A stretch of DNA of 63,972 nucleotides, filler included, from Octopus bimaculoides (Eukaryota), in assembly GCF_001194135.2 (NCBI RefSeq). It is 8 parts of 8 records of this genome, joined end to end, with 100 filler letters (N's around TTAATTAATTAA, not from the genome) between each part and the next. Parts side by side here need not be neighbours in the genome. Positions count along the whole stretch, not along the records: positions 24,466 to 27,939 come from NC_068992.1; positions 28,040 to 36,237 come from NC_068983.1; positions 36,338 to 54,070 come from NC_068998.1; 5 more parts are not named here. One strand, 5' to 3'. Below the pieces are notes generated by a model. That model was given only the letters and a program-made list of their open reading frames with translations. It had not been told where the DNA came from and did no database searches. Positions within the stretch are counted from its first letter, which is position 1; every line of letters starts with the position of its first letter. Shown piece after piece: positions 24,859-37,920 of the stretch. The position numbers were made by a program, and so were the translations under genes.

Positions 24859-26519
24859 NNNNNNNNNNNNNNNNNNNNNNNNNNNNNNNNNNNNNNNNNN
24901 NNNNNNNNNNNNNNNNNNNNNNNNNNNNNNNNNNNNNNNNNNNNNNNNNNNNNNNNNNNNNNNNNNNNNNNNNNNNNNNNNNNNNNNNNNNNNNNNNNNN
25001 NNNNNNNNNNNNNNNNNNNNNNNNNNNNNNNNNNNNNNNNNNNNNNNNNNNNNNNNNNNNNNNNNNNNNNNNNNNNNNNNNNNNNNNNNNNNNNNNNNNN
25101 NNNNNNNNNNNNNNNNNNNNNNNNNNNNNNNNNNNNNNNNNNNNNNNNNNNNNNNNNNNNNNNNNNNNNNNNNNNNNNNNNNNNNNNNNNNNNNNNNNNN
25201 NNNNNNNNNNNNNNNNNNNNNNNNNNNNNNNNNNNNNNNNNNNNNNNNNNNNNNNNNNNNNNNNNNNNNNNNNNNNNNNNNNNNNNNNNNNNNNNNNNNN
25301 NNNNNNNNNNNNNNNNNNNNNNNNNNNNNNNNNNNNNNNNNNNNNNNNNNNNNNNNNNNNNNNNNNNNNNNNNNNNNNNNNNNNNNNNNNNNNNNNNNNN
25401 NNNNNNNNNNNNNNNNNNNNNNNNNNNNNNNNNNNNNNNNNNNNNNNNNNNNNNNNNNNNNNNNNNNNNNNNNNNNNNNNNNNNNNNNNNNNNNNNNNNN
25501 NNNNNNNNNNNNNNNNNNNNNNNNNNNNNNNNNNNNNNNNNNNNNNNNNNNNNNNNNNNNNNNNNNNNNNNNNNNNNNNNNNNNNNNNNNNNNNNNNNNN
25601 NNNNNNNNNNNNNNNNNNNNNNNNNNNNNNNNNNNNNNNNNNNNNNNNNNNNNNNNNNNNNNNNNNNNNNNNNNNNNNNNNNNNNNNNNNNNNNNNNNNN
25701 NNAAACATACTTTTGAGGATAATGACATTGTATGACTGGGGGTCGTACATTGCCAGATAGAAGCACTCTATCGACGACTTCGGACTATAGTGATATCTGT
25801 CAGAGCGGCATCCTTCATCAAAAGACAGATACAACATTGACGAAAGACCGCTTTACAACAGCTCTGCTTACCAATAGTTAATTGATGGACTCGCAATTGC
25901 AATCAGGTTTACACCTGTATAAAGTCTAGGTAAACTTAGCTGCTGTTAAATACGAAACCTGGCCTTATCTTCTGTTTCTGTTGTATGAAGTCGATGAGAA
26001 ACAAATCTCTGAATAGACACCATGCTGTTTTATTAGAGGAAGCTTTCTGCACCAAAATATTTCAATTAAGACTACTAACCAATATTTAATTCACGAATTC
26101 AGAGGCACTATCACGTTTACATGTACACAAACCTAGGTAGACTTGATATTTAATCATCCGTTGTAATAAATGCATACAGATAGCACACCGCACCAGAAAC
26201 ACGGCACCATACATATAGGATAAAGGGCTGTACTTATTCCTGTACACTTAGAAAAAGATGTGAACATTAAATATACGATGAATATTCAATCGTATAGTTT
26301 AAGGAAGAAAGAACATCAAATTAATATCAAGACTGTTTATGTACACCAAAATATCTCCCGTATAAACTTGACAATTATATGTTGTATTGAACTTGTGATA
26401 ATATCCGTCCCTGTTGAATAGAAAACACGTGCCATGATATATTTATATGCGCATTTATACACACAAATGTGCACATATTATAAATATGTGCGTTTCTGTA
26501 TGAGAGGAAGAAGGAGAAA

Positions 26520-26555
<36 letters not shown>

Positions 26556-28039
26556 NNNNNNNNNNNNNNNNNNNNNNNNNNNNNNNNNNNNNNNNNNNNN
26601 NNNNNNNNNNNNNNNNNNNNNNNNNNNNNNNNNNNNNNNNNNNNNNNNNNNNNNNNNNNNNNNNNNNNNNNNNNNNNNNNNNNNNNNNNNNNNNNNNNNN
26701 NNNNNNNNNNNNNNNNNNNNNNNNNNNNNNNNNNNNNNNNNNNNNNNNNNNNNNNNNNNNNNNNNNNNNNNNNNNNNNNNNNNNNNNNNNNNNNNNNNNN
26801 NNNNNNNNNNNNNNNNNNNNNNNNNNNNNNNNNNNNNNNNNNNNNNNNNNNNNNNNNNNNNNNNNNNNNNNNNNNNNNNNNNNNNNNNNNNNNNNNNNNN
26901 NNNNNNNNNNNNNNNNNNNNNNNNNNNNNNNNNNNNNNNNNNNNNNNNNNNNNNNNNNNNNNNNNNNNNNNNNNNNNNNNNNNNNNNNNNNNNNNNNNNN
27001 NNNNNNNNNNNNNNNNNNNNNNNNNNNNNNNNNNNNNNNNNNNNNNNNNNNNNNNNNNNNNATGTATATATATATATTTATATATTTAGAGAGAGAGAGA
27101 GAGAGAGAGTGAGAGAGGGAAATATATGTGCACATATATTATGCGTGTGTATAAATATGTATAAATAGCAATGGATGTTGTATACGTACGTTCACATGCA
27201 TACGTGTGCATATTTGTGTATGTGTGTGTGTATATGCGTGTGTGTGTGTATGTCCGTGTTATATGTATTTACATATAAGTTCCTTTTTTTCTGTATTTTC
27301 TAGAAACAGGAAATGAATAAAAATTGGAGATGCAGCAATAAGGATCAGAGCGAATGTAAAACACATGACTTTCTCAATGGGCGTCTCATTAAAAAATGCT
27401 TCTTCATGTTTGAGTTAACATAGTATGTCATTTCAATTGAGTGTGAGCCATATAAAAGACACAGAACTGAAGATAATGGTATATAGGATATAATTTCCCA
27501 GCCTCTGAACGGATTGCTGTACGATTTGTCAGTTGGTCAACTGGTGGAATTAATCAATAGTCATTTAAAAGATCAGCAAACTAAAATTTTCATTCAGAGA
27601 GGAAGGACAATAACTACAACGGCAGTACAAGTCGTTCTTGCTAGATGTGAATTAGAATTCATTCTATACTGACGCTAGTAACTCTTGTGGTATGAAATGA
27701 ATAAAATTCTTCAACAGATTTTCACTATAGAAAAATAGCATAATATGTATTATTAAATTTGAAAGATGCGTGGCTAGTATTTGTGATCCGAGCCAAATTT
27801 CTGCGTCAGGTATGATATATGCCGAATGTTTGCACTCAGGCAACGATGCCAGTATATATATACACACACGTCATGTATGTGCAGGTATGAGGGTGTATAT
27901 ATGTATATATATACACACAGATATGTGCGTGTATATATANNNNNNNNNNNNNNNNNNNNNNNNNNNNNNNNNNNNNNNNNNNNTTAATTAATTAANNNNN
28001 NNNNNNNNNNNNNNNNNNNNNNNNNNNNNNNNNNNNNNN

Positions 28040-28335
28040 GACTGGCTCCCGTAGGATTTTCGAGCGAGATCGTTGCCAGTGCCCCTGGACTGGCTTGTGC
28101 GGGTGGCACATAAAAGACACCATTTCGAGCGTGGCCGTTTTCGTGCGGGTGACACGTAAAAACACCCACTACACTCTCTGAGTGGTTAGCGTTAGGAAGG
28201 GCATCCAGCTGTAGAAACTCTGCCAAATCAGACTGGAGCCTGGTGTTGCCATCCGGTTTCACCAGTCCTCAGTCAAATCGTCCAACCCATGCTAGCATGG
28301 AAAGCGGACGTTAAACGATGATGATGATGATGATG
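28040..28335 (+). mobile_element. RTE LINE 3' UTR/tail with (GAT)n
   Basis: gcgttaggaagggcatccagctgtagaaac..gcatggaaagcggacgttaaacgatgatg; reverse complement of 7375-7560. Confidence 0.85.
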
Positions 28336-28424
28336 ATATATATACATGTATATGCATGTACATACCTATTTTATTTATTTATATGTTAATACACACACAT
28401 ACACATAGAAGTAATTATATACAT

Positions 28425-28710
28425 ATAGTCTCAATGTGTGGAACCTTGGGCAAGTGTCTTCTAAAAGAAACCTGTTGTATATGTGTGTGTATGTTTGTGT
28501 ATGTGTGTGTGTCCTTGTGTCTGTTTGTCCCCCACCACCACTTGACAACTGGTATTGGTTTGTTTACATCCCAGTAACCTAGCAGTTCAGCAAAAAAGAC
28601 CAATAGAAGTACCTGGCTTGAAAAAAGAAAAAAAAATAGTAAATACTGGGGCCAAATTGTTTGACTAAAATCCTTCAAGGTAGTGCCCCAGCTTTGTTGC
28701 AGTCTAATAC
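28425..28710 (+). mobile_element. SINE family 1, diverged
   Basis: ccttgggcaagtgtcttct..gtgtctgtttgtcccc..ggtttgtttacatccc..cttcaagg. Confidence 0.65.
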
Positions 28711-29380
28711 ATGAAAAATATCTTAAAAGATATATCCATGCACACATTTTTTTCTTTTTCCCTCCAGCCTCTCATTCATCTTTCTCTCTCTCTCTCTCTC
28801 TCTCCTCTAATCTTTCTTACTTATTTCTCTTCTTTTTTATTATATCTTTCTCCTCCTTTCTCTCCTTGTCCTACATAACACTCTCTTACATTTTCTCTCT
28901 CTCTCTGTCACACATACAGATACACGGTTATATGACAACCACCCAATGCTTAAGATGGAATTTTCTGGTAGCAACAAAATTCTTCCACATTTTCGGTTGT
29001 GAGAAGTTGATATCTTTCTGACGAAGAAACTTCAGTTGTTTAGCATCTTATTGCTTTTGTTTGATAACAGTATCAATCATTGTACTCTTCGTGAAGAAGC
29101 CACCTCAAGTCAAAATTGAAGGTGAAGAACCATATTAAGTCACCAAAAAGTATTCATTTCTTCTCTATGAATTTATTTATTTATTTATTACAAAACTAGA
29201 AAGACAGTTTTCTGCAGAGGAAATTTGTAATGTCTGTTTAGACCCTTACCATTCTGATACTGTGAGTATCAATCATTGTTCTGTTCACAAAGAAATCATC
29301 TAAAATACTTTACTAAATTCATTGAAAAATATTGAACAAAATCAAAGTTACTGATCACTAGGACAAACTTCATGTAAAAT

Positions 29381-30490
29381 TTTATAGGCAATGGTGATTC
29401 TTTGTTTAGACTTGTATTACTCTTGTATGATAACAATACCAATACTAGTTATTGAACACTTTTAGAAGAAGCTATATAGCATACATGCAACAGTTAGAGG
29501 CATTTTCATTCTGTTATTCCTAACACCACAGTGCAAGAATAACGAAGATACATGAGTACGGATGGCACAGATGGTGATGTTGAACCTGTTGCCATTAGTG
29601 AATTGTGCAATGTAGTAATTTAGCTGTTGAACACGTATAGAAGTCAAACTGTCAATGGCCACTATGATGCTCTCTATCTCATAAACAATTACTAGCATAA
29701 GAGAATTGGGGGGGGGGGAACATTGCAAGGTAAAAAAAGAGAGGAAAAGAATGAGGTTTCAAAAAATAAAATAAATGAACAACAATGTGTAACAGTAAGA
29801 AAAAATCCAACCAAACATAAAAGAGAAAAGTAAAGTTGCATAAAGTGAGGCAATACAAAAATGCAAGAAAGTCATGGATAGAAAAAGAATTGCAGAGGAG
29901 AAAGAAAAAGTTATAGAAATTATGAAAAGTGTAAGAAAATAAAGACAAAGAAATACAGTTGCCAAAAAGGAGAGAGGCAGATACAAAAATAGAGCAAAAG
30001 TGTGTAAAAAAAACTAAGAAATGAGATTAAAAATGTCTTGCCAAGAAAAGCAGTAGAAAACTATGGACAACTGCACTGGAAGAAACTGCTTTTAAAAATG
30101 ATCCTAATAACGATTATGCATCTGCAAAGTTGAATAACTAAGATCTATGTGCAAAACATCTGACAATTAGCGTACTTGAAAATGGGATGAGGAGTCATTT
30201 AGCATGTGTTGTTCTAAAGGTAGAAATCTACAATTGAGTCATTAAAAGTGATAATAGATCTTCTTTTGGGCACCACATAAAAAAATAAAATACTCTCTTA
30301 AAAGCATTTGAACAAACAACTGAACTTTTCAGATTACATCAATTGGAGAGGAAATCATAAAGAAAAGTGGATTTCTACCAACTTTTAGAGGTAAGGACAA
30401 ATTTATCGCAGAACTGGATCTCATAAGTCTTTGAAAAAAAAAGAAACACAGTTTTTCAGTTATATTTTATATTCAAAAAAGTTATAAAAA
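29381..30490 (+). mobile_element. Decayed Helitron, N-terminal part: OTU protease, charged linker and Zn-binding pre-Rep region
   Basis: FIGNGDSLFRLV (29381), MSTDGTDGDVEPVAISELCNV..GHYDAL (to ~29675), AFKNDPNNDYAS, KWDEESFSMCCSKG (30180), FQITSIG..GFLPTF..GQIYRRTGS, FQLYFI (30455). All match the canonical RepHel N-terminal order, with stops and frameshifts. Confidence 0.75.
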
Positions 30491-30499
30491 CTGGTGAGA

Positions 30500-32260
30500 A
30501 GTATACAGAATGATGAAAGCATACTGATCCTTGATATGAAAGAGAAAACAGTGGTCAGGAAGTGATTTTATGTGAGACATGGAGCATGCATGGAATAGAG
30601 AAAGATTACCTCATGCTGATGCTATAGACATACATCAATCCAAGTTAACAGCAGTAGGGGATATAAATTGACCAAAAACATAAAAAGAGGGAAAGCTGCA
30701 GGTCCACAGGGATTGCTGGAGAGACATTCAAAATATCTAGTGAGGGAGGTTTTCATGATTATCAACTGAGTAGTTAATCAAATAATACTAGGAAGTGTCA
30801 TGTCCCATGACTGGCATAGTAGTATCATTGTAAACTGCTATAAAAGCAGAGAAAATGCCTTAGAGAGGAGCAATTGTAGAGGAATAAAATTACTAGATCA
30901 GATTATGAGGATCATGGAGAAGATCATAACAGTTGCTTCATGACAGGGTAGACATAAAAGTGATGCAGTTTGGTTTTATGCCCAGAAGTTGTAATCTTCC
31001 TAGTGAGGCAAGTGCAGGAGGAGTACTTGGCTAAGAGTAAACTATTATAACCTGGCATTCGTTGACTTGAGACAGCATTTGACAGGGTACCACCTACAGT
31101 AATATGATGATCTCTAAAGAAACTAGACATTGACAAATGACTTTGAGAGTTGTAGAAGCCATTACAAAGGTGCAGTAAGTAAAATAAGAGTTAACAATGA
31201 CTTTGCTGATAAATTTAGCATGAGAGCAGAAGACCATCAAAGTTTTGTCCCACTCCATTCCTATTTGTCCTACGAGCCATCACAGAGAAGTTTAAGACTA
31301 GCTGGTTATGGAACCCCAATATACTAATAAGCAAGTTCACATAGTTAAAACCAGAGGTGAATTAGAGAGGAAATTCCAGGCATGGAAGCTAAACTTAAAT
31401 TTGTAGGCTCTTAAGATAAACTTAGCCAAGACAAAGGTTTTAGTAAGTAAGAAAGAGGACAGGATCCTTGTACCATCAGGAAAATGGATTTACTCGATAT
31501 GCTGAGAAAGGGTAGGTACAAACTTCATATATTGTACCCAATGTAAGCAATGGACACACAAGATGTGCAATGGAATTGCATGCAGTCTAACATAGAACAT
31601 AAGCTTCAAATGTGAGTACATACAATGAAATCACAGGAAATAAGACCTCTTGATTGCATGAATGGCTCACTAGTCATTGACAGCCTTTCTTATCTAGGAG
31701 ATAATATGAATTTGCAAGAATGATGTTAGTTCTGAAAGTATAGTTGCCAAAGTAAGAATGGATGAAATGAAAGTTCAGGGAACTACTACTACTTTTGGCA
31801 ACAAAGATCTTTTCCTTCGGAGTGAAGACCAAATTGTATAATGTTCATGTTAGAAATGCAATTCTGAATGGTAGTGAGACACAGGACTAGATACAGAGAA
31901 TTTGAGAAGATTGGAAAGAAATGAAGCGAGCATGCTCTGTTGAATGTGCAACATCAGTGTGCATGAATGATATAATACAAATGTCCTGAGAAAAAAACTG
32001 AGTATAAGTGGAATCAGATGTAGTGTGCAAGAAAGAAGACTGTAACTGGTATGGACATGTAATGCATATGGATGAAGTCAGCAGTGCAAAAGAGTACCAA
32101 TTACTTAATGCAGATGGTGTTTGCAGAAGAGAGATCTAGGAAGACATGGGATGAAGTGGTGAAGGCTGACCTCAGAAATTTGAGCCTCACAGAGAAGGTG
32201 ACAAAGGAGTGGGATGACTAGCAATACATGATCCTCAAGAATACTCAGCCACTTCAGTAA
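30500..32260 (+). mobile_element. Heavily decayed RTE LINE inserted into the Helitron
   Basis: RGIKLLDQIMRIME, DLETAFDRVP, YKGAVSKIRV, PHD remnant (YCTQCKQWTHKMC), WYGHVMHM, RSRKTWDEVVK. Confidence 0.8.
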
Positions 32261-33079
32261 AACTATGTTCTGTAGGCACTGTGTGTATACACATATATGT
32301 AATTATAAAAGGCCCCAATCTCTTCTGTAAGTCACCTCCCTACCATCCACTATCTCTCTAACTGCAGCTCTCACTTCATACTGCTTGTCCTTCATCCATT
32401 AATATTGTTCACTCCACCCATACTTTACACTAATCACCCAAACCCAACTGAATCAGCAAATTATCTCTCTCTTCCCCCTACCATATCAGGTCTCCCTACC
32501 TGCACCATGCCACTATCTCTCTTCCCCTACTCAGGCATCCTACTCAGTCACATGTCATCTCTCTCACCTTTTCCCTGTATACTGTCAACTGTATTATCGT
32601 TGCTATCCTGTTGCTTATCCTCCACTTTCTTCAGCTTCCCCCAATCTTATCCAAATTATTCATCATTGATCATCCCTCACTCCTTATCCCTCCTTCAAAC
32701 CTACTTAATGCTTATAGCTGTTATCTATCACTGCTTCATTCACCTATTCTACCATCTCTCACTCACCCATATTCTCTTGCAAACCTTCTCCTACTCACAC
32801 TCCCAGTTTTTCTTTCCTCGCTCACTTCTACTTCACTTCACCTAGAGGAGACACGCAAACACCTTATCATCATTATTTAATCTCTTCTCTTTCCACCTTC
32901 TCTTCTAATCATTAATAGCTATGTATCTCCTATATAGTAAGGAACTTACTCTTCCACCTTCTCTTGTACTTTAACCGCTCACCTCCAAGCATAAACCATC
33001 TCCACCCTGGAGGTCATGGTCTTGTGAGCTGCATAGTGACCTCATAGATCTGGTGACAAGAAAAAAAAAGCATTAAACA

Positions 33080-33248
33080 CATGCTGTGAAGTGGATGGTA
33101 ATCAGAAAGGCATCCAACTGCAGAAACTATTCCACAACAAACACTGGAGCATGTTGCCAGTCCTTGGACCCATCAGATCCTCTCAACCCACCCAACCCAT
33201 GCCAGCAAGGAACATGGATGTTAGATGATGATGGTGATGATGAGGATG

Positions 33249-33283
<35 letters not shown>

Positions 33284-33370
33284 ACATGGGCATTAGAGGA
33301 TGACAATGACTACGATGATGATGACGAAGACAACGACAACGATAACGACCATGATGACAATGATGATGAA
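33080..33370 (+). repeat. RTE tail remnant with (GAT)n/(GAC)n
   Basis: gaagggcatcc-like core followed by gatgatgat runs. Confidence 0.7.
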
Positions 33371-33419
33371 GTACAATGTTACAACAAAAGCAGCCTAAGT
33401 ACATGATTAAAACTTATTT

Positions 33420-34895
33420 TAAAGCTGAAAAAAAAAGAATGCTTCTTGGAAAGCATTTTTAAGACAGAAGCATTTGGTAAGCACTAAAATATACTTTAGC
33501 TCTAGATTTTCAAGTTGTCTATTATGCTAACAAAAAAACGAGCTGGAAAATATGTTCATTGATTTAATATTTCTGAGCATAATCAAGTGGCAATTATTAT
33601 GGTAGGAGAAAATCATGACAATACAATATTCTTTTGAAGTGACATGATGCTAGCATCAGTTTAATAAATGAAACTTCCTGTTCATACAATGCCTGTCTTT
33701 TAATGTAAAAAATGGATATCACTTTTGTATGCCACAAGTTACTGGAACCACTTCCAAAAAGAAAACTGCATCTTGTATAAGTTATGGTTATTGATTGATT
33801 GATGATTTCAAGTAATTAATTTGATCATCTTAATCATTGCCAAGAATTTTTTCACCAGTATATAGTGGATAAGTATGTCAAAATAAAATTGGACAGGCTG
33901 TGCTACATAAAAAGGCTCCAAAAGGATTCAGATTCTTTTACAAATACAGATTCCTTTACAAATTCACAAGATGGTATGGCATTAATGATAATATCACAGA
34001 GACAGAGCTCAGACATTGTATATTCTCATCAAGCTTTACAGGTATTACAAAATATATGCTTGAGAAGACACAAGGTGCTGTGATTAATGTATGTAAATGC
34101 AAACACCCAGATATTTTCATGAAGTTTACCTGCCAAGGTAAATGGAACAAAATCCAATCAAAGCTTATCTAGGATAGTTGTACCCTTTCAGACACTACAT
34201 AACTCAATTAGATTTTTATCTCAAGGTTTCCAAAATGAGAAACCTTATAACTGATCACACATATTTCGATGTCACACATTTCAACGCCATTGTATAAAAG
34301 ACGTCTGCGTCATGTAAATATATTCATCTGGTTTTTACACAAAATTCACTCAAATGAGATTGGTTCTATCATGTCAGCAGAAATTCCAAGACCCATACAC
34401 AAATACAAAAAAAGGAAGTTCATGAAATTATAAAATCGAACATGGTTCCTTGCCTGTGTGGTTACCTCAACCTCTCAGATAGATATTTATCATGGAAAAT
34501 GGAAGTTTTGAAACAGAAACTGATCAGTATGCAATTGGTAATCAATGGATGAGCCTAATAGCCCTTTTTTTCAAAACTAAAACATTCAATGCCCCTGTAA
34601 ATGCAAAGTACTGTAATTTTACAAAGTCCATCAAGTGCATATGTAACAATATTAACAAGGGTTCGGAGCTTGCAATATTCAGTCTCTATCAGAAGATATT
34701 TCAAGGTGAAGAGACACAATTTGAGACGGAGAGGTATAACTGTAGCAATGGTGCTTCTTGAAGTATATTTGACTCCTTTACACCTAAACAAACATCTTCC
34801 AGTTCAACAACTGACGATTCATTTTAAGAATGGACAAAGAATATATTGCAGCACAGAAGTTACATGTTAGCCATTCAAAAACACCTTAAAGACTC
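33420..34895 (+). mobile_element. Decayed Helitron, Rep (HUH) domain; continues 29381-30490
   Basis: DFQVVYYANKKRAG, NQVAIIMVG, GYHF, FFHQYIVDKYVKIKLDRL, SSFTG..YMLEKTQGA..PDIFMKFTC..KW (motif 1, ~34107), KRRLRHVNIFIW (motif 2, ~34298), YCNFTKSIKCICNNINKGSE (motif 3, ~34607), VQQLTIHFKNGQRIY. No helicase recognised downstream. Confidence 0.85.
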
Positions 34896-34909
34896 TCTCT
34901 CTTTACTCT

Positions 34910-35295
34910 TTTTTACTCTTTAACTCTTTTACTTGTTTCAGTCATTTGACTGCGGCCATGCTGGAGCACCGTCTTTAGTCAAGCAAATATACCCCAGGAC
35001 TTATTTTTTGGATGCCTAGTACTTATTCTATCGGTATCTTTTGCCGAACCGCTAAATTACAGGGACATAAACACACCAGCATCGGTTGTCAAGCGATGTT
35101 GGGGGGACAAATACAGACAAACAAACATATACACACACATACATACATATATACGACGGGCTTCTTTCAGTTTCCGTCTAACAAATCCACTCACAAGGCT
35201 TTGATCGGCCCGAGGCTATAGGAGAAGACACTTGCCCAAGGTGCCATGCAGTGGGACTGAACCCAGAACCATGTTGTTGGTAAGCAAGCTACTTA
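34910..35295 (-). mobile_element. Near full-length SINE family 1
   Basis: tRNA-like head at the right end (gtaagcaagctactt / cagtgggactgaacc), conserved core and (ttttac) tail. Confidence 0.85.
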
Positions 35296-35907
35296 AACAT
35301 TTATTGCCCCTTATACAGTGTTAAAATTTTCATTGCTTAATCTGGAGACTGGTAACTTCACCACTTGTCAGGTCATAGTTTGTATGACAAGAATTTTGAC
35401 TCCATATTACAAATGATAAATATTGAATTGAAGTTATCAGTCTTCACATGTTATCGAATGGCAAGCGTGTGTCGTCCACACTGTAATCATTTTAGTTTCA
35501 TCACACGATCTCAGATCAAAACCCTTGACAGGGAAGTACACAACTAGAAGGATATATTTTACTATAGAAACTGCTGATCAGCAATCCTTGGCTCCAAGGG
35601 ACTCTGCATTAATACCATTATTCAGACTTTATGAGAAATATTTTCACTAAAACTGTGCATCAGCAGTTATCATTATACATGGAACAACAAACAATGGAAC
35701 TACATAACCAATTATGATTTTACACTAAATAGTAAATGAGAAGAGCAAATAAGATTATTAAGTGGTTTGTACCTGAGTAACACCAGGTAATCCAGTTCTC
35801 TCACTTACTTACTCTGTCTCTTTCTCCTTATATATGTTTGTGTGTGTGTGTGTACATATATATGTGTATGTATATATATGTATTATGTATGTTTGTATTT
35901 ATGTATG

Positions 35908-35944
<37 letters not shown>

Positions 35945-36337
35945 CAATATATTATAAATTAACTACCAACAAAAATAATTGGTAAGCTAACTTAAAAAAT
36001 CATCACCTAAATAGCAGAAAAAAACGACAGTGTTAGGTTTGGTTTTTCCAATACTAAGAACCTAGAGCAGATTATTGCAGCACATAATTCTAAAGTTCTT
36101 AAGACAGGCATGAATGGAATGAATAGGGATGAGGACCCTCACTTAGGTAATAATATTATAGGTTCTAAAATTGAGGTAACTGAGATTAATCCCAGGAGGT
36201 TAAAGTTTGAGGGTCCGAACGTGAGATTAAGGAATATNNNNNNNNNNNNNNNNNNNNNNNNNNNNNNNNNNNNNNNNNNNNTTAATTAATTAANNNNNNN
36301 NNNNNNNNNNNNNNNNNNNNNNNNNNNNNNNNNNNNN

Positions 36338-36393
<56 letters not shown>

Positions 36394-36639
36394 TCAAAAC
36401 ATTTAAATTCAAACTCTTTGATACTCTGAGTTTCAAGCGTATGGCTAGTCTTCGGACATAAAGAGAGTCAATATTTACTACTGGACGTTAGCCTGCGATT
36501 GATCGGTATTCCAGCGACAACAATTAGTTGGAAAATACTACATGGTGAACAAGAAATCGACTGCGTGGTGAACAGGAAATTGACTGCGTGGTAGACAAGA
36601 ATTCGGTCGTGTGGTTGGAGAGAAATAAGAAGAGGCAGT

Positions 36640-37015
36640 AGATGTGGGGTATATATGTTTATATATATGTATATTCCCATATATCTGCGTGTATGCATCC
36701 GTACTTATACGAGTGTGTATATGTGCTTAGATGTACATTCAAACATCCGCATGCGTGCGCGCACACACACACACACGAAGGCACACACGCACACACACGC
36801 GTGCACACCTTTATCTCCATGTACACATGCACACGACCACATGTACACGTGCGAGCACACACAAGTGTGCACGCGTACATACATGCACACGCATGGGTGC
36901 ACATGTATATAGGCGTGCACGCGCACACATGCACGTCCACGCACACACATCCGTGCACATGCATACGGTGACCAGATGCATATGCACAGTCACGCACATG
37001 TGATGTATGCGGGTA
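36640..37015. repeat. Cryptic CA/GT/GC low-complexity tract
   Basis: Alternating purine-pyrimidine tract producing H/T/C/V-rich spurious ORFs. Confidence 0.85.
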
Positions 37016-37149
37016 GACAGACATGGAGAAGTGTTGGGGATTGGGGATTTGCGGTACTGTTCATGGGGACTCATTTGTGACGGTCACCTTGGTGAAGGTG
37101 GTGCTAGGGGGTGGCTGGTACTAAGGAGGTATATCCGGGTTGTCGGCGG

Positions 37150-37915
37150 CCAATGGCTTCAAATTTACCAGAAGGGTGTACCTCTGGTGACAGCAATACG
37201 ATACCTCATGTTTCTTGTTGATGGATACTCCGTGTTGGTAAATGATATGCACTTTTTCGCGGAGGTACAGATGGCAATCAGGGGTGCTGGGTGAATATGG
37301 GGATGCCCTGTCGATAATATTCCACTTGATGCTGGTTGTTTCGTCTCGGAAGTCACGAAGTCACGAAGTTGCCAGAGAAAGCGTGACAGGGAAATGGAAT
37401 TCTCTTTGTCCCTGGATCTAAATGAATGCAAGTGCTGGAAAATATCTTCCCTTGAAGTTATTGGCTGTCACCTCGTATAGTGCCTAGTATTGCCATTGGA
37501 TGGTGTAAGAGTGGTTCTATATACTACAGCCCTTGAGAGACAGAATCTCTAAGAGGGCAGGTGGTAGGGTTTCGGAAGTTGCAGTTGGGGTTGGGGTTGT
37601 GTGGATGCGTTTTGACGGCTGTTGATGCGTGCGATATTAGATGCGATGTTGTCTAGGCAGTAGTAGCTTACCTTGACATTATGGGAGGTTGAAGAGTTTG
37701 TAATACTTATGGCCTTTGGGGAAATGTTTCTTTATTAACGACAGGAAGCCACTGGCCACGTTGGTAGAAACTTCTATCTTAAAAGGGGTTATACCAGATT
37801 ATTTTCCTTTTCTTAATTCTCTTGGGGTGAGGAGAGGGGTTTGGGGTTCGCCCACATACGTGAGCTTTTCAGAAAATCCGCTCCAAGCCAAAGCATCGTT
37901 GTAGTAGGGGCGGCC
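37150..37915 (-). mobile_element. Penelope-like element 3' fragment with GIY-YIG endonuclease
   Basis: KRKIIWYNP..VSTNVASGFLSLIKKHFPKGHKYYKLFN..VKVSYYCLDNI, CPL..CLSRAVVYR..RHY....NNFKGRY..HLHSFRSRDKENS.SLSRFLWQL, CHLYLREKVHII..NKKHE. Confidence 0.88.
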
Positions 37916-37920
37916 CTATT

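Noticed and set aside
25870-25912. 43-nt minus-strand candidate exon with a gtaag donor
   Set aside because: No recognisable protein; lacks the CUB WLI motif expected for the preceding MEGF8 exon.
33086-33406. Poly-Asp and poly-His ORFs
   Set aside because: (GAT)n tail of an RTE 3' end.
35300-35700. Further Helitron sequence or FUZ last exon (RRIYFTIETADQQ..)
   Set aside because: Similarity too weak and redundant with the motif already seen at 34830; no FUZ-like peptide in any frame.
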